Virus record (IMG/VR): IMGVR_UViG_3300020042_005214
Coordinates: 1 to 30,348 of that record
Direction: 5' to 3' (one strand)
DNA: 30,348 nt
Origin: a virus
Lineage: Duplodnaviria > Caudoviricetes
In this document: one piece after another, positions 16,935-26,496 of the stretch
Position numbering within the stretch: position 1 is the first letter of the stretch
Layout of the letters: every line of letters begins with the position of its first letter
Notes under the pieces: generated by a model
Seen by the model: only the letters and a program-made list of their open reading frames with translations
Told to the model about the DNA's origin: nothing
Database searches by the model: none
Made by a program: the position numbers and the translations under genes

Positions 16935-17024
16935 CACCTGGTTGGCGTAATTGGGAATGAATACCAACATTAGGAAACGTCCCTACAATGTAGGGAGATA
17001 AGGGTGCGAATCCCTTACCAGGTG
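16935..17024 (+). ncRNA. tRNA-like structured element (non-canonical cloverleaf)
   Basis: Acceptor CACCTGGT/ACCAGGTG; D stem GCGT/ACGT with expanded loop; CCCTAC-aat-GTAGGG arm; T arm AAGGG-TGCGAAT-CCCTT. Confidence 0.65.
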
Positions 17025-17072
17025 CAAAAATTTTTGGTTTATTAATTAAAATAAAATAGTAACTTTATATCA

Positions 17073-17816
17073 ATGAACAGCATATACAACATAAAGGATG
17101 TATCAATAGTATCTGAGATAATGGATATGAATCCAATTCAGGGTATTGTTACAGGTTATTTTAGCAAGTTCAACAATGTGGATAGTGATGGTGATATTAT
17201 GAAGCCTGGTGCATTTACTAAGACAATTAACGAGCAGGGACCAGCATCAGCACAGCCAAGAATTAAGCATCTACTTAATCATGATCCATCGCAACCATTA
17301 GGTAAGTTATTGACCTTAAGAGAGGATGAGTACGGATTGTATTATGAGAGTCAAGTAGGAACACATGAGGGCGGTGAGGATTTTATTAAGATGGTTGAGA
17401 GTGGGTTAATAACTGAGCATTCAATCGGGTTTAAAATCATCAAGCGTAACCAAGTCCAATCCTATGAAAACTATTTACGCAATCCATCATTAGGGCAGTT
17501 TGAGATTACTGAGGTTAAGTTATATGAGGGCAGTTCATTAACGGCATGGGGTGCAAATGCGCTCACACCAATCACATCTTTAAAGGGTGATAAAAATTTT
17601 GATGTAGACATGATAGTAGCAAAGAGTGCTGCTATTGATAAGTTCTGCAGGAACACAACGGCAACAGATGATACAATACAGATGTTGTTGTTACATAGCA
17701 AACAATTAGCTCAATTAATTCTAGATATGAAATCTAACACTACTGAACCGGTTACAACCATTCAGCCAGTTGATGACACATTGGACATTATAAGAGCGTT
17801 TAGAAATAACATTTAA
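17073..17816 (+). CDS. HK97-family prohead protease
   Basis: GYFSKFNNVDSDGD..PGAF, LLNHD, HSIGF, LYEGSSLTAWGAN. Confidence 0.95.
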   Translation: MNSIYNIKDVSIVSEIMDMNPIQGIVTGYFSKFNNVDSDGDIMKPGAFTKTINEQGPASAQPRIKHLLNHDPSQPLGKLLTLREDEYGLYYESQVGTHEGGEDFIKMVESGLITEHSIGFKIIKRNQVQSYENYLRNPSLGQFEITEVKLYEGSSLTAWGANALTPITSLKGDKNFDVDMIVAKSAAIDKFCRNTTATDDTIQMLLLHSKQLAQLILDMKSNTTEPVTTIQPVDDTLDIIRAFRNNI

Positions 17817-17838
17817 TAAATTACAAAAACCATAAGAC

Positions 17839-19041
17839 ATGGAAAAGAAAGAATTAATGTCAGAATTGGAAGCGTTAAAGTCAACACTTGAAACTTCAAT
17901 ATCTGAGAAAACTAAGTCTGAGATTGCTGATCAATTGAAATCAGTAGTAACAGCGGTTGATGAGAAAATCAACGCATTCGGTAACGGTAGTGATTCAGCT
18001 GAGGCTGTAAAAGCTATGACAGAAGAGTTTAACAAATTAAAGGCTGAGCAAGCTGCAATCTTAAAGGGATTTGATTTGTTACAAACAAGAGTAAAGTCTG
18101 CATCTACATCTAAGATGGAGAATAAATCTTTTGGTCAATTATTTAGCGAAGGATTAGAAGAGAATTTTGACAACATCCAAAACGTAAAGAAGGGTAAGCC
18201 ATTTAGAATGGAGTTAAAGGCTGTTGGTAACATGACATTAGGTAATAACTTAACTGGTGATGGTGTTGCAACTTATGCAGCTACACAAGCTATCTTACCT
18301 AGTCAAAAAATTAACTTCCGTGATTTAATGCCAACTGCACTTAGCGGAACTGGTTTGTATGTTCAGTATCGTGAGACTGGTTCTGAGGGAGCTATCGCAG
18401 TTCAGACTGAGGGTGCTAGCAAAGGTCAAATTGATTACGATTTATCAGAAATCAAGATTGTAGAAGATTACATCGCAGGTTTTGCACGTTTTTCAAAGCA
18501 AATGGCTAAGCAATTACCATTTATGCAGACAACTTTACCAAGATTGATGTTGAGAGATTTCTACAAGGTTGAGAATGCTACATTCTTTTCTACAGTAAGT
18601 ACTGCTGCAACAGGTGCTACTACATCTGCAGAAACTGATGATATCAAATTCATCGTTGATTGTATTGCTGCTCAAATGTCAGCTAATTTCAACGCGTCTT
18701 ATGCTTTAGTATCACATTTGCAATTAGCACGTTTAAACAAGTTGTTGTACACTAACGGTTACTATCAAGGTTCGGGTGGTATCTTGTCTATGGTTAACGG
18801 AAACGTAGCTATTAGTGGTACTCCAATCATTCCTGCATCTTGGGTAACTGATGACAAGATTTTGATTATCGATAGAGATTATCTTGAGCGTGTTGAGACT
18901 GAAGCTATCACAGTTGAGTTCTCAATGGAAGATCAAGACAACTTCACTAAGAACTTAATTACTGCACGTATTGAGTGTCTTGAAGATGTTAACTTGATGT
19001 TACCTACATCTGCATTATTTGCTGATTTCGGAAACGTATAA
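17839..19041 (+). CDS. Major capsid protein (HK97 fold) with N-terminal coiled-coil scaffold
   Basis: Coiled-coil N-terminus, EGASKGQ, C-terminal DNFTKNLITARIE; follows the protease. Confidence 0.93.
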   Translation: MEKKELMSELEALKSTLETSISEKTKSEIADQLKSVVTAVDEKINAFGNGSDSAEAVKAMTEEFNKLKAEQAAILKGFDLLQTRVKSASTSKMENKSFGQLFSEGLEENFDNIQNVKKGKPFRMELKAVGNMTLGNNLTGDGVATYAATQAILPSQKINFRDLMPTALSGTGLYVQYRETGSEGAIAVQTEGASKGQIDYDLSEIKIVEDYIAGFARFSKQMAKQLPFMQTTLPRLMLRDFYKVENATFFSTVSTAATGATTSAETDDIKFIVDCIAAQMSANFNASYALVSHLQLARLNKLLYTNGYYQGSGGILSMVNGNVAISGTPIIPASWVTDDKILIIDRDYLERVETEAITVEFSMEDQDNFTKNLITARIECLEDVNLMLPTSALFADFGNV

Positions 19042-19071
19042 TATAGTTCGTTTGTTTCGTTTGATGATGAT

Positions 19072-19102
19072 AAAGGCCCTACCCTACGGGGTGGGGCTTT
19101 TT
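19072..19102 (+). terminator. Intrinsic terminator after the capsid gene
   Basis: AAAGGCCCTACCC-tacg-GGGTGGGGCTTTTT. Confidence 0.85.
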
Positions 19103-19116
19103 AAAATAAAATAATC

Positions 19117-19635
19117 ATGGTAGAGTACAATAGTGTTTTAGATGTTCAATTTCAAAATGGGGTAATAACAGAACCAGTTACATTAACTGAGGCTAAGAAC
19201 TTTTGTAAGATTGACATAAGTACTGATGATGATTTGATTAATGTATTAATAACTGCAGCAAGGCAAATGTGTGAAGCTTACACTGGTGTAGGGTTTGTAG
19301 AGCATGATGTAGTAGCAGTGCTAAACAATAGCAACGGAGACATTTACATTCCTTATGGTCCAATGATTGCCATCAATAGTGTTGAGGATGATAACGGCAG
19401 AGTGTTGGTATTGGATTTGGATTATACTTTGGGTGGCAATGAGTTTAAGCGTTTACGCACACCACATAGCAACAATATCACCATTGATTACACAACAGGT
19501 TACACAACTTTGCCTGAAATATTAAAAACGGCATTACTTAACCAGGTGTATTATTTGTACGATAATAGAGCGGTTGCAACAGATGACATTAGTCCAATAG
19601 CTAAGACATTATTAAACCTATTTAAGCGTGTATAA
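19117..19635 (+). CDS. Head-tail connector (gp6-like)
   Basis: EPVTLTEAKNFCKID..DDDLI..LITAARQMCEAYTG, YLYDNR. Confidence 0.9.
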   Translation: MVEYNSVLDVQFQNGVITEPVTLTEAKNFCKIDISTDDDLINVLITAARQMCEAYTGVGFVEHDVVAVLNNSNGDIYIPYGPMIAINSVEDDNGRVLVLDLDYTLGGNEFKRLRTPHSNNITIDYTTGYTTLPEILKTALLNQVYYLYDNRAVATDDISPIAKTLLNLFKRV

Positions 19636-20209
19636 ATTAAATCGTAGAGTTACTATAAATAGATACACAACGAGCTTGAATGAGTTTGGTGGGTTGGTTA
19701 GTGTGCTTACTGGTAGTTGGTCAAAGTGGGCAGATGTGGAGCAAAGAGATGGGGCAACGGCTAAGAGTTATGATCAGAACCAATGGACGTATGACCAAAA
19801 CTTTATTTTAAGGTATGAGAGGGAGCGACCAACAAGAAGTAATGATGTGATAGAGTACGAGTCACAATTTTATAAGATTAATTCAATACAGATAAGAAAC
19901 GAGGGCGCGAAGTCTTTTGAATACATAAAGGCTACAAAGTTAGATGAATCAATAAATTCAGATGCACCAATGGACACAGGAAACATAAAAGTATACAACT
20001 ACATTGCAGAAGGTGGTGAGTATCAATTTGATTATGATGGTTTAGTGGGTAAGAATGTGTTTGGTGCGTTTAAGGATGGTATACAATATCTAGTAATTAC
20101 ATCGGGCAGTCCAGTAGGCAAAGAGGTGTTATACAATAGTGCTACAGGTGAGTTTACTTGGGGTGCTTATTTTGAAGTTAACGAGGTTGCAACAATACTT
20201 TATTACTAA
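19628..20209 (+). CDS. Head closure protein (SPP1 gp16-like) with C-terminal extension
   Basis: LNRRVTI..NEFGG..WADV..FILRY..YKINSI; position after the connector. Confidence 0.8.
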   Translation: MYKLNRRVTINRYTTSLNEFGGLVSVLTGSWSKWADVEQRDGATAKSYDQNQWTYDQNFILRYERERPTRSNDVIEYESQFYKINSIQIRNEGAKSFEYIKATKLDESINSDAPMDTGNIKVYNYIAEGGEYQFDYDGLVGKNVFGAFKDGIQYLVITSGSPVGKEVLYNSATGEFTWGAYFEVNEVATILYY

Positions 20210-20796
20210 TGCAATTAGAAGTAAAAGGCTTAGATACGCTGATTAAGAAAATGGATAAGTTGGCAGCTGATGTACAAAAAGAAGTACAGGCTGAGCTAAA
20301 TGCGTGGGCAGATGATACGGCAACAAATGCAAAATCATTAGTATCAGCTAATAGCAGTGATGAAGGAGCTTTATTAAGAAGTATTAGTCCATTGTATGGT
20401 AATGGTACAGCAAGTGTGGTAGCATCAGCAAAGTATGCAGCATATATTGAATTTGGAACTAGAAAATACGCAGCAGCTTATGTAGCAACATTGCCTGCAG
20501 ATTGGCAAGCTTATGCAGCAACTTTTAAAGGCAAAGCAGGGGGTGATTATTTTGAATTTTTAAATGCTATTTTAGATTGGGTACAAAGAAAAGGAATAAC
20601 AGCAAGATACTCAGTAAAGACAAGAAAGAGGTTAAGAAATTCAAAAGCTGATGATGAAAGATTAGTAGATGCAGCACAAGCAATAGCTTTATCTATTTTA
20701 AGAAACGGAATACCAGCGAAACCATTTCTTTATCCATCAGTTAATAAAACATTGCCAACACTAAAGAAAAAACTTAGAGCAATATTTAAATTATGA
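20209..20796 (+). CDS. HK97 gp10-like tail completion protein
   Basis: EVKGLDTL, GALLRSI, YAAYIEFGT, AKPFLYPS. Confidence 0.88.
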   Translation: MQLEVKGLDTLIKKMDKLAADVQKEVQAELNAWADDTATNAKSLVSANSSDEGALLRSISPLYGNGTASVVASAKYAAYIEFGTRKYAAAYVATLPADWQAYAATFKGKAGGDYFEFLNAILDWVQRKGITARYSVKTRKRLRNSKADDERLVDAAQAIALSILRNGIPAKPFLYPSVNKTLPTLKKKLRAIFKL

Positions 20797-21218
20797 GAGA
20801 CGTAAACAGCGCAATATTACAAGCTTACTATGAGATAGTGGATGCATTGGATATTCCTGTGTATGCAGGTGAGGAACCTGATGATGTGAAACATAAAATT
20901 TATTGTGTCATTAATGATGCAACATCAACTGAGACAAGTACATTTAATAGCTCAGATGTACAATTGACCGTACAATTATCTGTACATAGTTGGGAATTCA
21001 AATACAACAACAGCAAAACATTAAATACAGCGTGTGGGGCAATTATAAGCGCAATTAAGCCAACATCTACAAGCAACCTAGACTTATCAGCGTTTGATTT
21101 ACAAATGTGTAATTTAACGCTACAAACAGATAGGACTGAAAGATTTGGTAATTTAGGTGGTAAAGTATTTATTTCAAGAATATTGATTTTTAAACAAGAT
21201 ATTTTCGTAATTTCATAA
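20793..21218 (+). CDS. Tail terminator protein (DUF3168-like)
   Basis: Size, synteny, and IPVY..EPDD....Y pattern. Confidence 0.72.
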   Translation: MRDVNSAILQAYYEIVDALDIPVYAGEEPDDVKHKIYCVINDATSTETSTFNSSDVQLTVQLSVHSWEFKYNNSKTLNTACGAIISAIKPTSTSNLDLSAFDLQMCNLTLQTDRTERFGNLGGKVFISRILIFKQDIFVIS

Positions 21219-21238
21219 CAAATTAAAATTTAAATAAA

Positions 21239-21670
21239 ATGGCAGAACACAAAGTAGCAGGTGGTACGATGTTATTATTCATTGATCCATCAGGAAGTAG
21301 TGCATACGACACAGTAGTATGTTTAACTTCAGTAAGTAAAGCAGATAGCGTAACTGTTGTAGATGCAGCTTCAGCATGTGGCCCGGATAAAAGTCCTGGT
21401 ACATTAGAATTATCTTATTCTTTTGAAGGTCAGCATTTACAAGATCCAAATAGTGGTACAATCAGTGGTACAGATTTAAGAGTTTTATTAAGAGGTAAAG
21501 TACAGTTTGGTTGGAAGATTGCACCTGTATCACCAATTACTGGAGATGAAATAGAAACAGGTATAGGGTTTTTCTCGGAATTAAGTTCAACTTATGCATT
21601 TGATTCTATCGGAACCTTCACTGGAACTATACAGCCCATAGGAGTTCCTTCATTAAGTATTCAATCATAA
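21239..21670 (+). CDS. Major tail tube protein
   Basis: Synteny; VVCLTS..DAASACGPDKSPG..SFEG, GTFTGTIQPIG. Confidence 0.8.
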   Translation: MAEHKVAGGTMLLFIDPSGSSAYDTVVCLTSVSKADSVTVVDAASACGPDKSPGTLELSYSFEGQHLQDPNSGTISGTDLRVLLRGKVQFGWKIAPVSPITGDEIETGIGFFSELSSTYAFDSIGTFTGTIQPIGVPSLSIQS

Positions 21671-21741
21671 TTTTTAACATAGGTTAATTTGGTTGGCTTG
21701 TAAATAAGTCAATCAAATTAACTATTTCTAAAACAATCAAA

Positions 21742-22089
21742 ATGAAAATCAAACTAAACGGCAAAGAGTACGGAATTAAATTCAATCAGTTAGCTATCGA
21801 AAAATTACACGAGTTTAATGATGGTGAGACTACATCAGGATTCTTGTATGCGATGGTATACGGTGGTATGATTGGTTACAGCAGATTAAAGCGTGAAGAT
21901 GTCGATTACACATGGGAGTTAGTATGTGAATGGGTTGATGATATGGAGAATAAGAATGAACAGATACAAGCTATTACTGTTTTGCTTAATGAGACAAAGG
22001 TATGGAATGACTTGATAAAGCAAGGTCAAGAGATAAGAGAAAATGATGAGAAAAAAAAAGCCATAGAGAGCAGTGCTACGACAACTTAA
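21742..22089 (+). CDS. Tail assembly chaperone (gpG-like)
   Basis: IKLNGKEYGIKF N-terminus; lies between tail tube and tape measure; ends over an A9 slippery run. Confidence 0.8.
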   Translation: MKIKLNGKEYGIKFNQLAIEKLHEFNDGETTSGFLYAMVYGGMIGYSRLKREDVDYTWELVCEWVDDMENKNEQIQAITVLLNETKVWNDLIKQGQEIRENDEKKKAIESSATTT

Positions 22090-22373
22090 AGTTTGCTTTA
22101 GGAAAATTAGGATGGAGTGTAGATGAATATTATTGCTCAATGCCTCATGAGTTTTATGCAGCGTGTGAGGGATATCAGGAGAGGCAAAAGGAATCGGCTA
22201 TGGTCATTCGTTTTGCCTCTTTTCGTGTAGCAGAAGCAATGGCAGGAAGTAAAGCAATAGGTAAGATAGATAGGTTTTGGCCGATGGAACAACAAGAGAA
22301 AAAGCAAATACAACCATTGACATCAGAAGAGTACAAAGCTATATTAGAGCGACACAATATAAAGATTAAATAA
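22050..22373 (+). CDS. Tail assembly chaperone -1 frameshift extension (gpT-like)
   Basis: The -1 frame opens exactly at GAAAAAAAAAG (after TGA TGA) and reads KSHREQCYDNLKFALGKLGWSVDEYYCSMPHEF... Confidence 0.8.
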   Translation, partial: EKKSHREQCYDNLKFALGKLGWSVDEYYCSMPHEFYAACEGYQERQKESAMVIRFASFRVAEAMAGSKAIGKIDRFWPMEQQEKKQIQPLTSEEYKAILERHNIKIK

Positions 22374-24214
22374 TGGCAGAAGAGATAGAGATAATAGTCA
22401 CGGCAACCGGTTTTGATAAGGTCAGCACAGGGCTTAAAAATACAAATGAGGCATTAAAGACTACAGCAACGGAAGCTAAGAAAACTGGTGATGCATTAAA
22501 GAGTAATTTAAACAATGGTGCTGCAGTGGCAGGTCAATCTATTACTAACTTATCTAGGATTGCACAGGATGCGCCATTTGGCTTTATAGGTATTGCAAAC
22601 AACATCAACCCATTAGTAGAATCATTTGGCAGATTGAAGGCTGAGACTGGCAGTACAGGTGGAGCGTTAAAAGCTTTGGTTAGTGGCTTAAGTGGGCCTG
22701 CAGGTTTGGGGTTAGCATTTGGTGTTGTAACGGCTGCTATTACTTTTGCTCAAATTGGTTTTCAAGCGTGGAGTAGAGGAAGTAAAGAAGCAGCAGATGC
22801 ATCTAATCAGTATGGTGATTCATTAGTAAGATTAAGTGCAGATATTAAAAATGTTGGTAGTGATTTAAAAAATTTAAAGACTGAATTAGACTTTATAAAA
22901 GCGACTAAAGATTTAGAATATAAAATTGATTTTGGTGGTGCAATTGCTTCTGCAAAATCAGCAGCATTAAATGTTAGGATATTAGGAGAGGAAACAGCAC
23001 AGGCTAATTTAGATGTAGGTCAATCAATACAACTATACAATCAAGCAACAAGTGCTTTAGATAAATTTGCTGATACACAACAAGGCTCGTTTGAATCTAC
23101 TAATAATTTTAGAAATGCTATACGTTCATTTGGTGATATTTCCAATGTAACATCTGATCAGTTAGCTGATTTTACAAATGAACAAAAAAGATACGTACAA
23201 GTAGCAGTAGATGCAGCAAAAAAAGTAAATGAGCAAAGGAAGATTTACAAAGATTACCAAAATCAGTTAGCATTATCAAAGTTACAAGTTCAAGCATTAG
23301 AGGCTGAGGAACGCAGAAAAAATGCTACTAATACTAAATCAGTAAAAAAAGTTGAGACATTAAAAGATGCATATAGAGCATTTTTTTTAGAATTAGTAGC
23401 AAACGAAAAAATAGCTGTTGCATTTAATGAGCCAGCAACAAAGAAAAATATTGAATCTTACACTTCATTTATTGAAACAGCAATAAAGAAGTTTAATGCT
23501 AAAGCATCTTTTACGATACCATTAGTTGTAGAACTAAACGCATTAAAAAGGTCATTAGATGCAATCAAGCCTAAAGATTTAGTTAGTTCTTTACAAGAGA
23601 AAATAAATTTAACACCTATAGAAATAAGCTTTGCAATTCCAAGTGGTGCAGTTGAGAATCTAAAAAAGCAAGGTGTTGATATTACTAATGAATTGTCAAA
23701 AGCATTAGAATCAGCTATAACAACAATTGGTACAGGTATAGGTGAAGGGTTAGCAAATGTTATACAAGGTACAGCTAATTTTGGCAGTATTTTTCAAGGT
23801 ATATTTCAACAATTAGGTGGAGTTGTACAAGCTTTAGGTGAACAGATAATAGCTGTAGGTGCTGCTGCATTAGTAGCACAACAAGCAATAAATTTAGCAT
23901 TAGTAAATCCATTCTTAACCATTGCAGCTGGTATAGCATTATCTGCTTTAGGTTCATTAATAAAAAACACTACAGGATCACAAAATAGATTTGCAGTTGG
24001 AACACGTTTTGCGCCAGGTGGTATGGCTTTAGTTGGAGAGCGTGGGCCGGAAATGATAAGCTTACCTAGAGGCAGTCAAGTAACACCTGCAGCACAAACA
24101 TCTAACATGTTAGGCGGTATGGCTAGTGGCTTAGAGATTTACGGCATTTTACGAGGTCAAGATATTTATTTTAGTAACAAAAAATATAGTGCTACTTATG
24201 CACGTACAACATAA
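22373..24214 (+). CDS. Tape measure protein
   Basis: Ala/Gly-rich and helical; QDAPFGFIGIANNI; C-terminal FAVGT...GGMALVGERGPE. Confidence 0.92.
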   Translation: MAEEIEIIVTATGFDKVSTGLKNTNEALKTTATEAKKTGDALKSNLNNGAAVAGQSITNLSRIAQDAPFGFIGIANNINPLVESFGRLKAETGSTGGALKALVSGLSGPAGLGLAFGVVTAAITFAQIGFQAWSRGSKEAADASNQYGDSLVRLSADIKNVGSDLKNLKTELDFIKATKDLEYKIDFGGAIASAKSAALNVRILGEETAQANLDVGQSIQLYNQATSALDKFADTQQGSFESTNNFRNAIRSFGDISNVTSDQLADFTNEQKRYVQVAVDAAKKVNEQRKIYKDYQNQLALSKLQVQALEAEERRKNATNTKSVKKVETLKDAYRAFFLELVANEKIAVAFNEPATKKNIESYTSFIETAIKKFNAKASFTIPLVVELNALKRSLDAIKPKDLVSSLQEKINLTPIEISFAIPSGAVENLKKQGVDITNELSKALESAITTIGTGIGEGLANVIQGTANFGSIFQGIFQQLGGVVQALGEQIIAVGAAALVAQQAINLALVNPFLTIAAGIALSALGSLIKNTTGSQNRFAVGTRFAPGGMALVGERGPEMISLPRGSQVTPAAQTSNMLGGMASGLEIYGILRGQDIYFSNKKYSATYARTT

Positions 24215-26493
24215 TGGGATTAAAATACACTAGCTCATTTGATTCGATAAGAAATGGTAATAGTAGATATGTTGTAAATATCTATCAAGAAAGTTATACT
24301 GGTGATCCTATTAATTATGTTTTGGCATCAACACCAGTTATACAAGAGTGGCAGGAAGATGATCCATTAGCACCAATTAAAGGCAGTACACTAACAATTA
24401 ATCTTACTACAGTCAATGGCATATCGTTACTAGACTTTTATTCTGATAATGACAATGAGTATTTAGTTAGGTTAATAGGTGATGATGTAACAGGTAGTAG
24501 TACTGTATTGTTTGAAGGTTATATTTTGCAAGATGATTGTAGTGAGGTGCAAGTAGATTTTGTACATACAATAACACTAACGGCATCTGATAACTTAGGT
24601 ACAATAAAAGATATTACGTTAGATAGAGCAGCTTTTTTATTTGGTGATGTTACTACTTTGCCTAATGTATCAATTGTTTTTTTACCAGCTGAGCAATATA
24701 TTGTTATAAATACTACAACTTGGGATGTACAACCTGGTCAAACTTTTACAATAGATGGCACACCATATACAATGGTTGCTAATTTAGGTCAAATAGATTT
24801 AATATACACTGGTTGGTGTATTCAGATAGTAGAAAATGTATCAACATTTATTATAGGCACATTTGATATAACTTATAGACAAGTAGTATCATTAGAGGGT
24901 TACATACCATTAATAACTTTTATTAAGTTGTGTTTACGTTCTACTTATTTAGATTTAACATTATCATTTTATTCTCACATTACACCAAGTGATGCAGAAA
25001 TATTTGTAGATACAGGTGAAACTAGAATGCTTGAAGATGTTACCTTATTAGGTAATACATTTTTAAAGAATAATGAGTACATGAGTTGTTATGATGTTTT
25101 GGAGATAATTATGAAACGTTTTAACATGTCATGCTTCCAATCTCTTAACTCATGGTGGATAGTTCGTTACCCCGATTTATTTTTGGATTTTGAGCAAGGT
25201 GAGACAGTTATAGATTATTACAGATACGATGAGATAACATTTGCATATTTTGATAAGTTAACTATCAATAAATCGTTTGTAATTGATTCAGATGATAAAG
25301 TTGAGACAGGTTTACTTAAATCTATTATTAGACCTTATAGAAGGACATTAGAGACGTTTAATTATGTTCAGCCTGAGGATTTGTTATGTAATAGCCAATT
25401 TACTGATTTAGGGCCTTTAAGACAAGTTACAACAGGTGGAGGATTTACTAATAGAGAATATGATTTACCATGTTGGTATGATTATGATGTAAGTGGTCCA
25501 TATCCCGATAGATTTATAAGAGTTGTATATGATTCTGATAATAGAGAGGTAGAAAGATATGCTGTAGTAACTGGTAGTACTTTTGATAGTTTTAGATCAG
25601 TACAATCAGCAAATATTGAATTAAATGAAGGTGATGTAATAGATTATACTTTTCAATTTAGTACTGATGTAAGTCAAGCAGGACCAGTTACAACAGTTTT
25701 TGCAATTAGGATAACTGATGGTACTACAACTTTATACTTGCAAACAGATGGCACATGGAATACAACTATTGGTTATAGTTATATTACACCATCATCTAGC
25801 AATACTAATCAATGGCAAAATGTAGACATTAAAAGTAGCAGAGTGCCATTTGATTGTATTATGAATATTTTTTTAGCTGAAGCTACAGCATCAACTACTG
25901 ATGAAACAAGATACAAAAATTTAAGACTAACATTAAGTTTTTTTGTTGCAGGTCAAGGTCAAGTAAATGGTCATTCGCATACAGCAAGCCAATCTAGGCT
26001 ATTAAATAACATTAATGATGTTGAAATAATGATTGATAATACTGAGCGTTCATCAATATCGGGAACATTATTTTTAACAAGTCAAACAGGCATAATCCAA
26101 GACAAATGCACTAATTGGGAGTTTGGCAGTGGTTATAATACAGGCATTCCTGCAATAGTATATGATAATCTAGGACAACAAATAACTGAGACTTACATGT
26201 TCCAGCGTTACATACCTAGAACAAAGTTTAACGGCAATTTACTTAGCATAAGAAATGATAATGGTATACTTAGCAATCTAGCCATATTTACAAATGGATT
26301 TACCGGTTCACAATTAAATAATAAAATGTTGTTGGGTAGTGTAGCTATAGATTACAAAAATAATTCAGCTGAGTTTACTATGTGGGAAGTTTTTAATAAA
26401 ACACAAGCAGAGCCAGCGGATAACTTCGCTGATTTTGAAGCTTATTTATTCAATATTTTGTATGAATTTAATTATCTTTATGAAAACAATTAA
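24214..26493 (+). CDS. Tail tip/baseplate protein
   Basis: 759 aa, beta-rich and acidic, directly after the tape measure; PIKGS, LFEGYI, LTASDNLG. Confidence 0.7.
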   Translation: MGLKYTSSFDSIRNGNSRYVVNIYQESYTGDPINYVLASTPVIQEWQEDDPLAPIKGSTLTINLTTVNGISLLDFYSDNDNEYLVRLIGDDVTGSSTVLFEGYILQDDCSEVQVDFVHTITLTASDNLGTIKDITLDRAAFLFGDVTTLPNVSIVFLPAEQYIVINTTTWDVQPGQTFTIDGTPYTMVANLGQIDLIYTGWCIQIVENVSTFIIGTFDITYRQVVSLEGYIPLITFIKLCLRSTYLDLTLSFYSHITPSDAEIFVDTGETRMLEDVTLLGNTFLKNNEYMSCYDVLEIIMKRFNMSCFQSLNSWWIVRYPDLFLDFEQGETVIDYYRYDEITFAYFDKLTINKSFVIDSDDKVETGLLKSIIRPYRRTLETFNYVQPEDLLCNSQFTDLGPLRQVTTGGGFTNREYDLPCWYDYDVSGPYPDRFIRVVYDSDNREVERYAVVTGSTFDSFRSVQSANIELNEGDVIDYTFQFSTDVSQAGPVTTVFAIRITDGTTTLYLQTDGTWNTTIGYSYITPSSSNTNQWQNVDIKSSRVPFDCIMNIFLAEATASTTDETRYKNLRLTLSFFVAGQGQVNGHSHTASQSRLLNNINDVEIMIDNTERSSISGTLFLTSQTGIIQDKCTNWEFGSGYNTGIPAIVYDNLGQQITETYMFQRYIPRTKFNGNLLSIRNDNGILSNLAIFTNGFTGSQLNNKMLLGSVAIDYKNNSAEFTMWEVFNKTQAEPADNFADFEAYLFNILYEFNYLYENN

Positions 26494-26496
26494 GCA

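Noticed and set aside
16935-17024. Functional tRNA-Ile(AAT) or an attachment site
   Set aside because: The anticodon loop lacks U33 and is base-paired, the D loop is oversized, the T loop is altered, and no integrase is present
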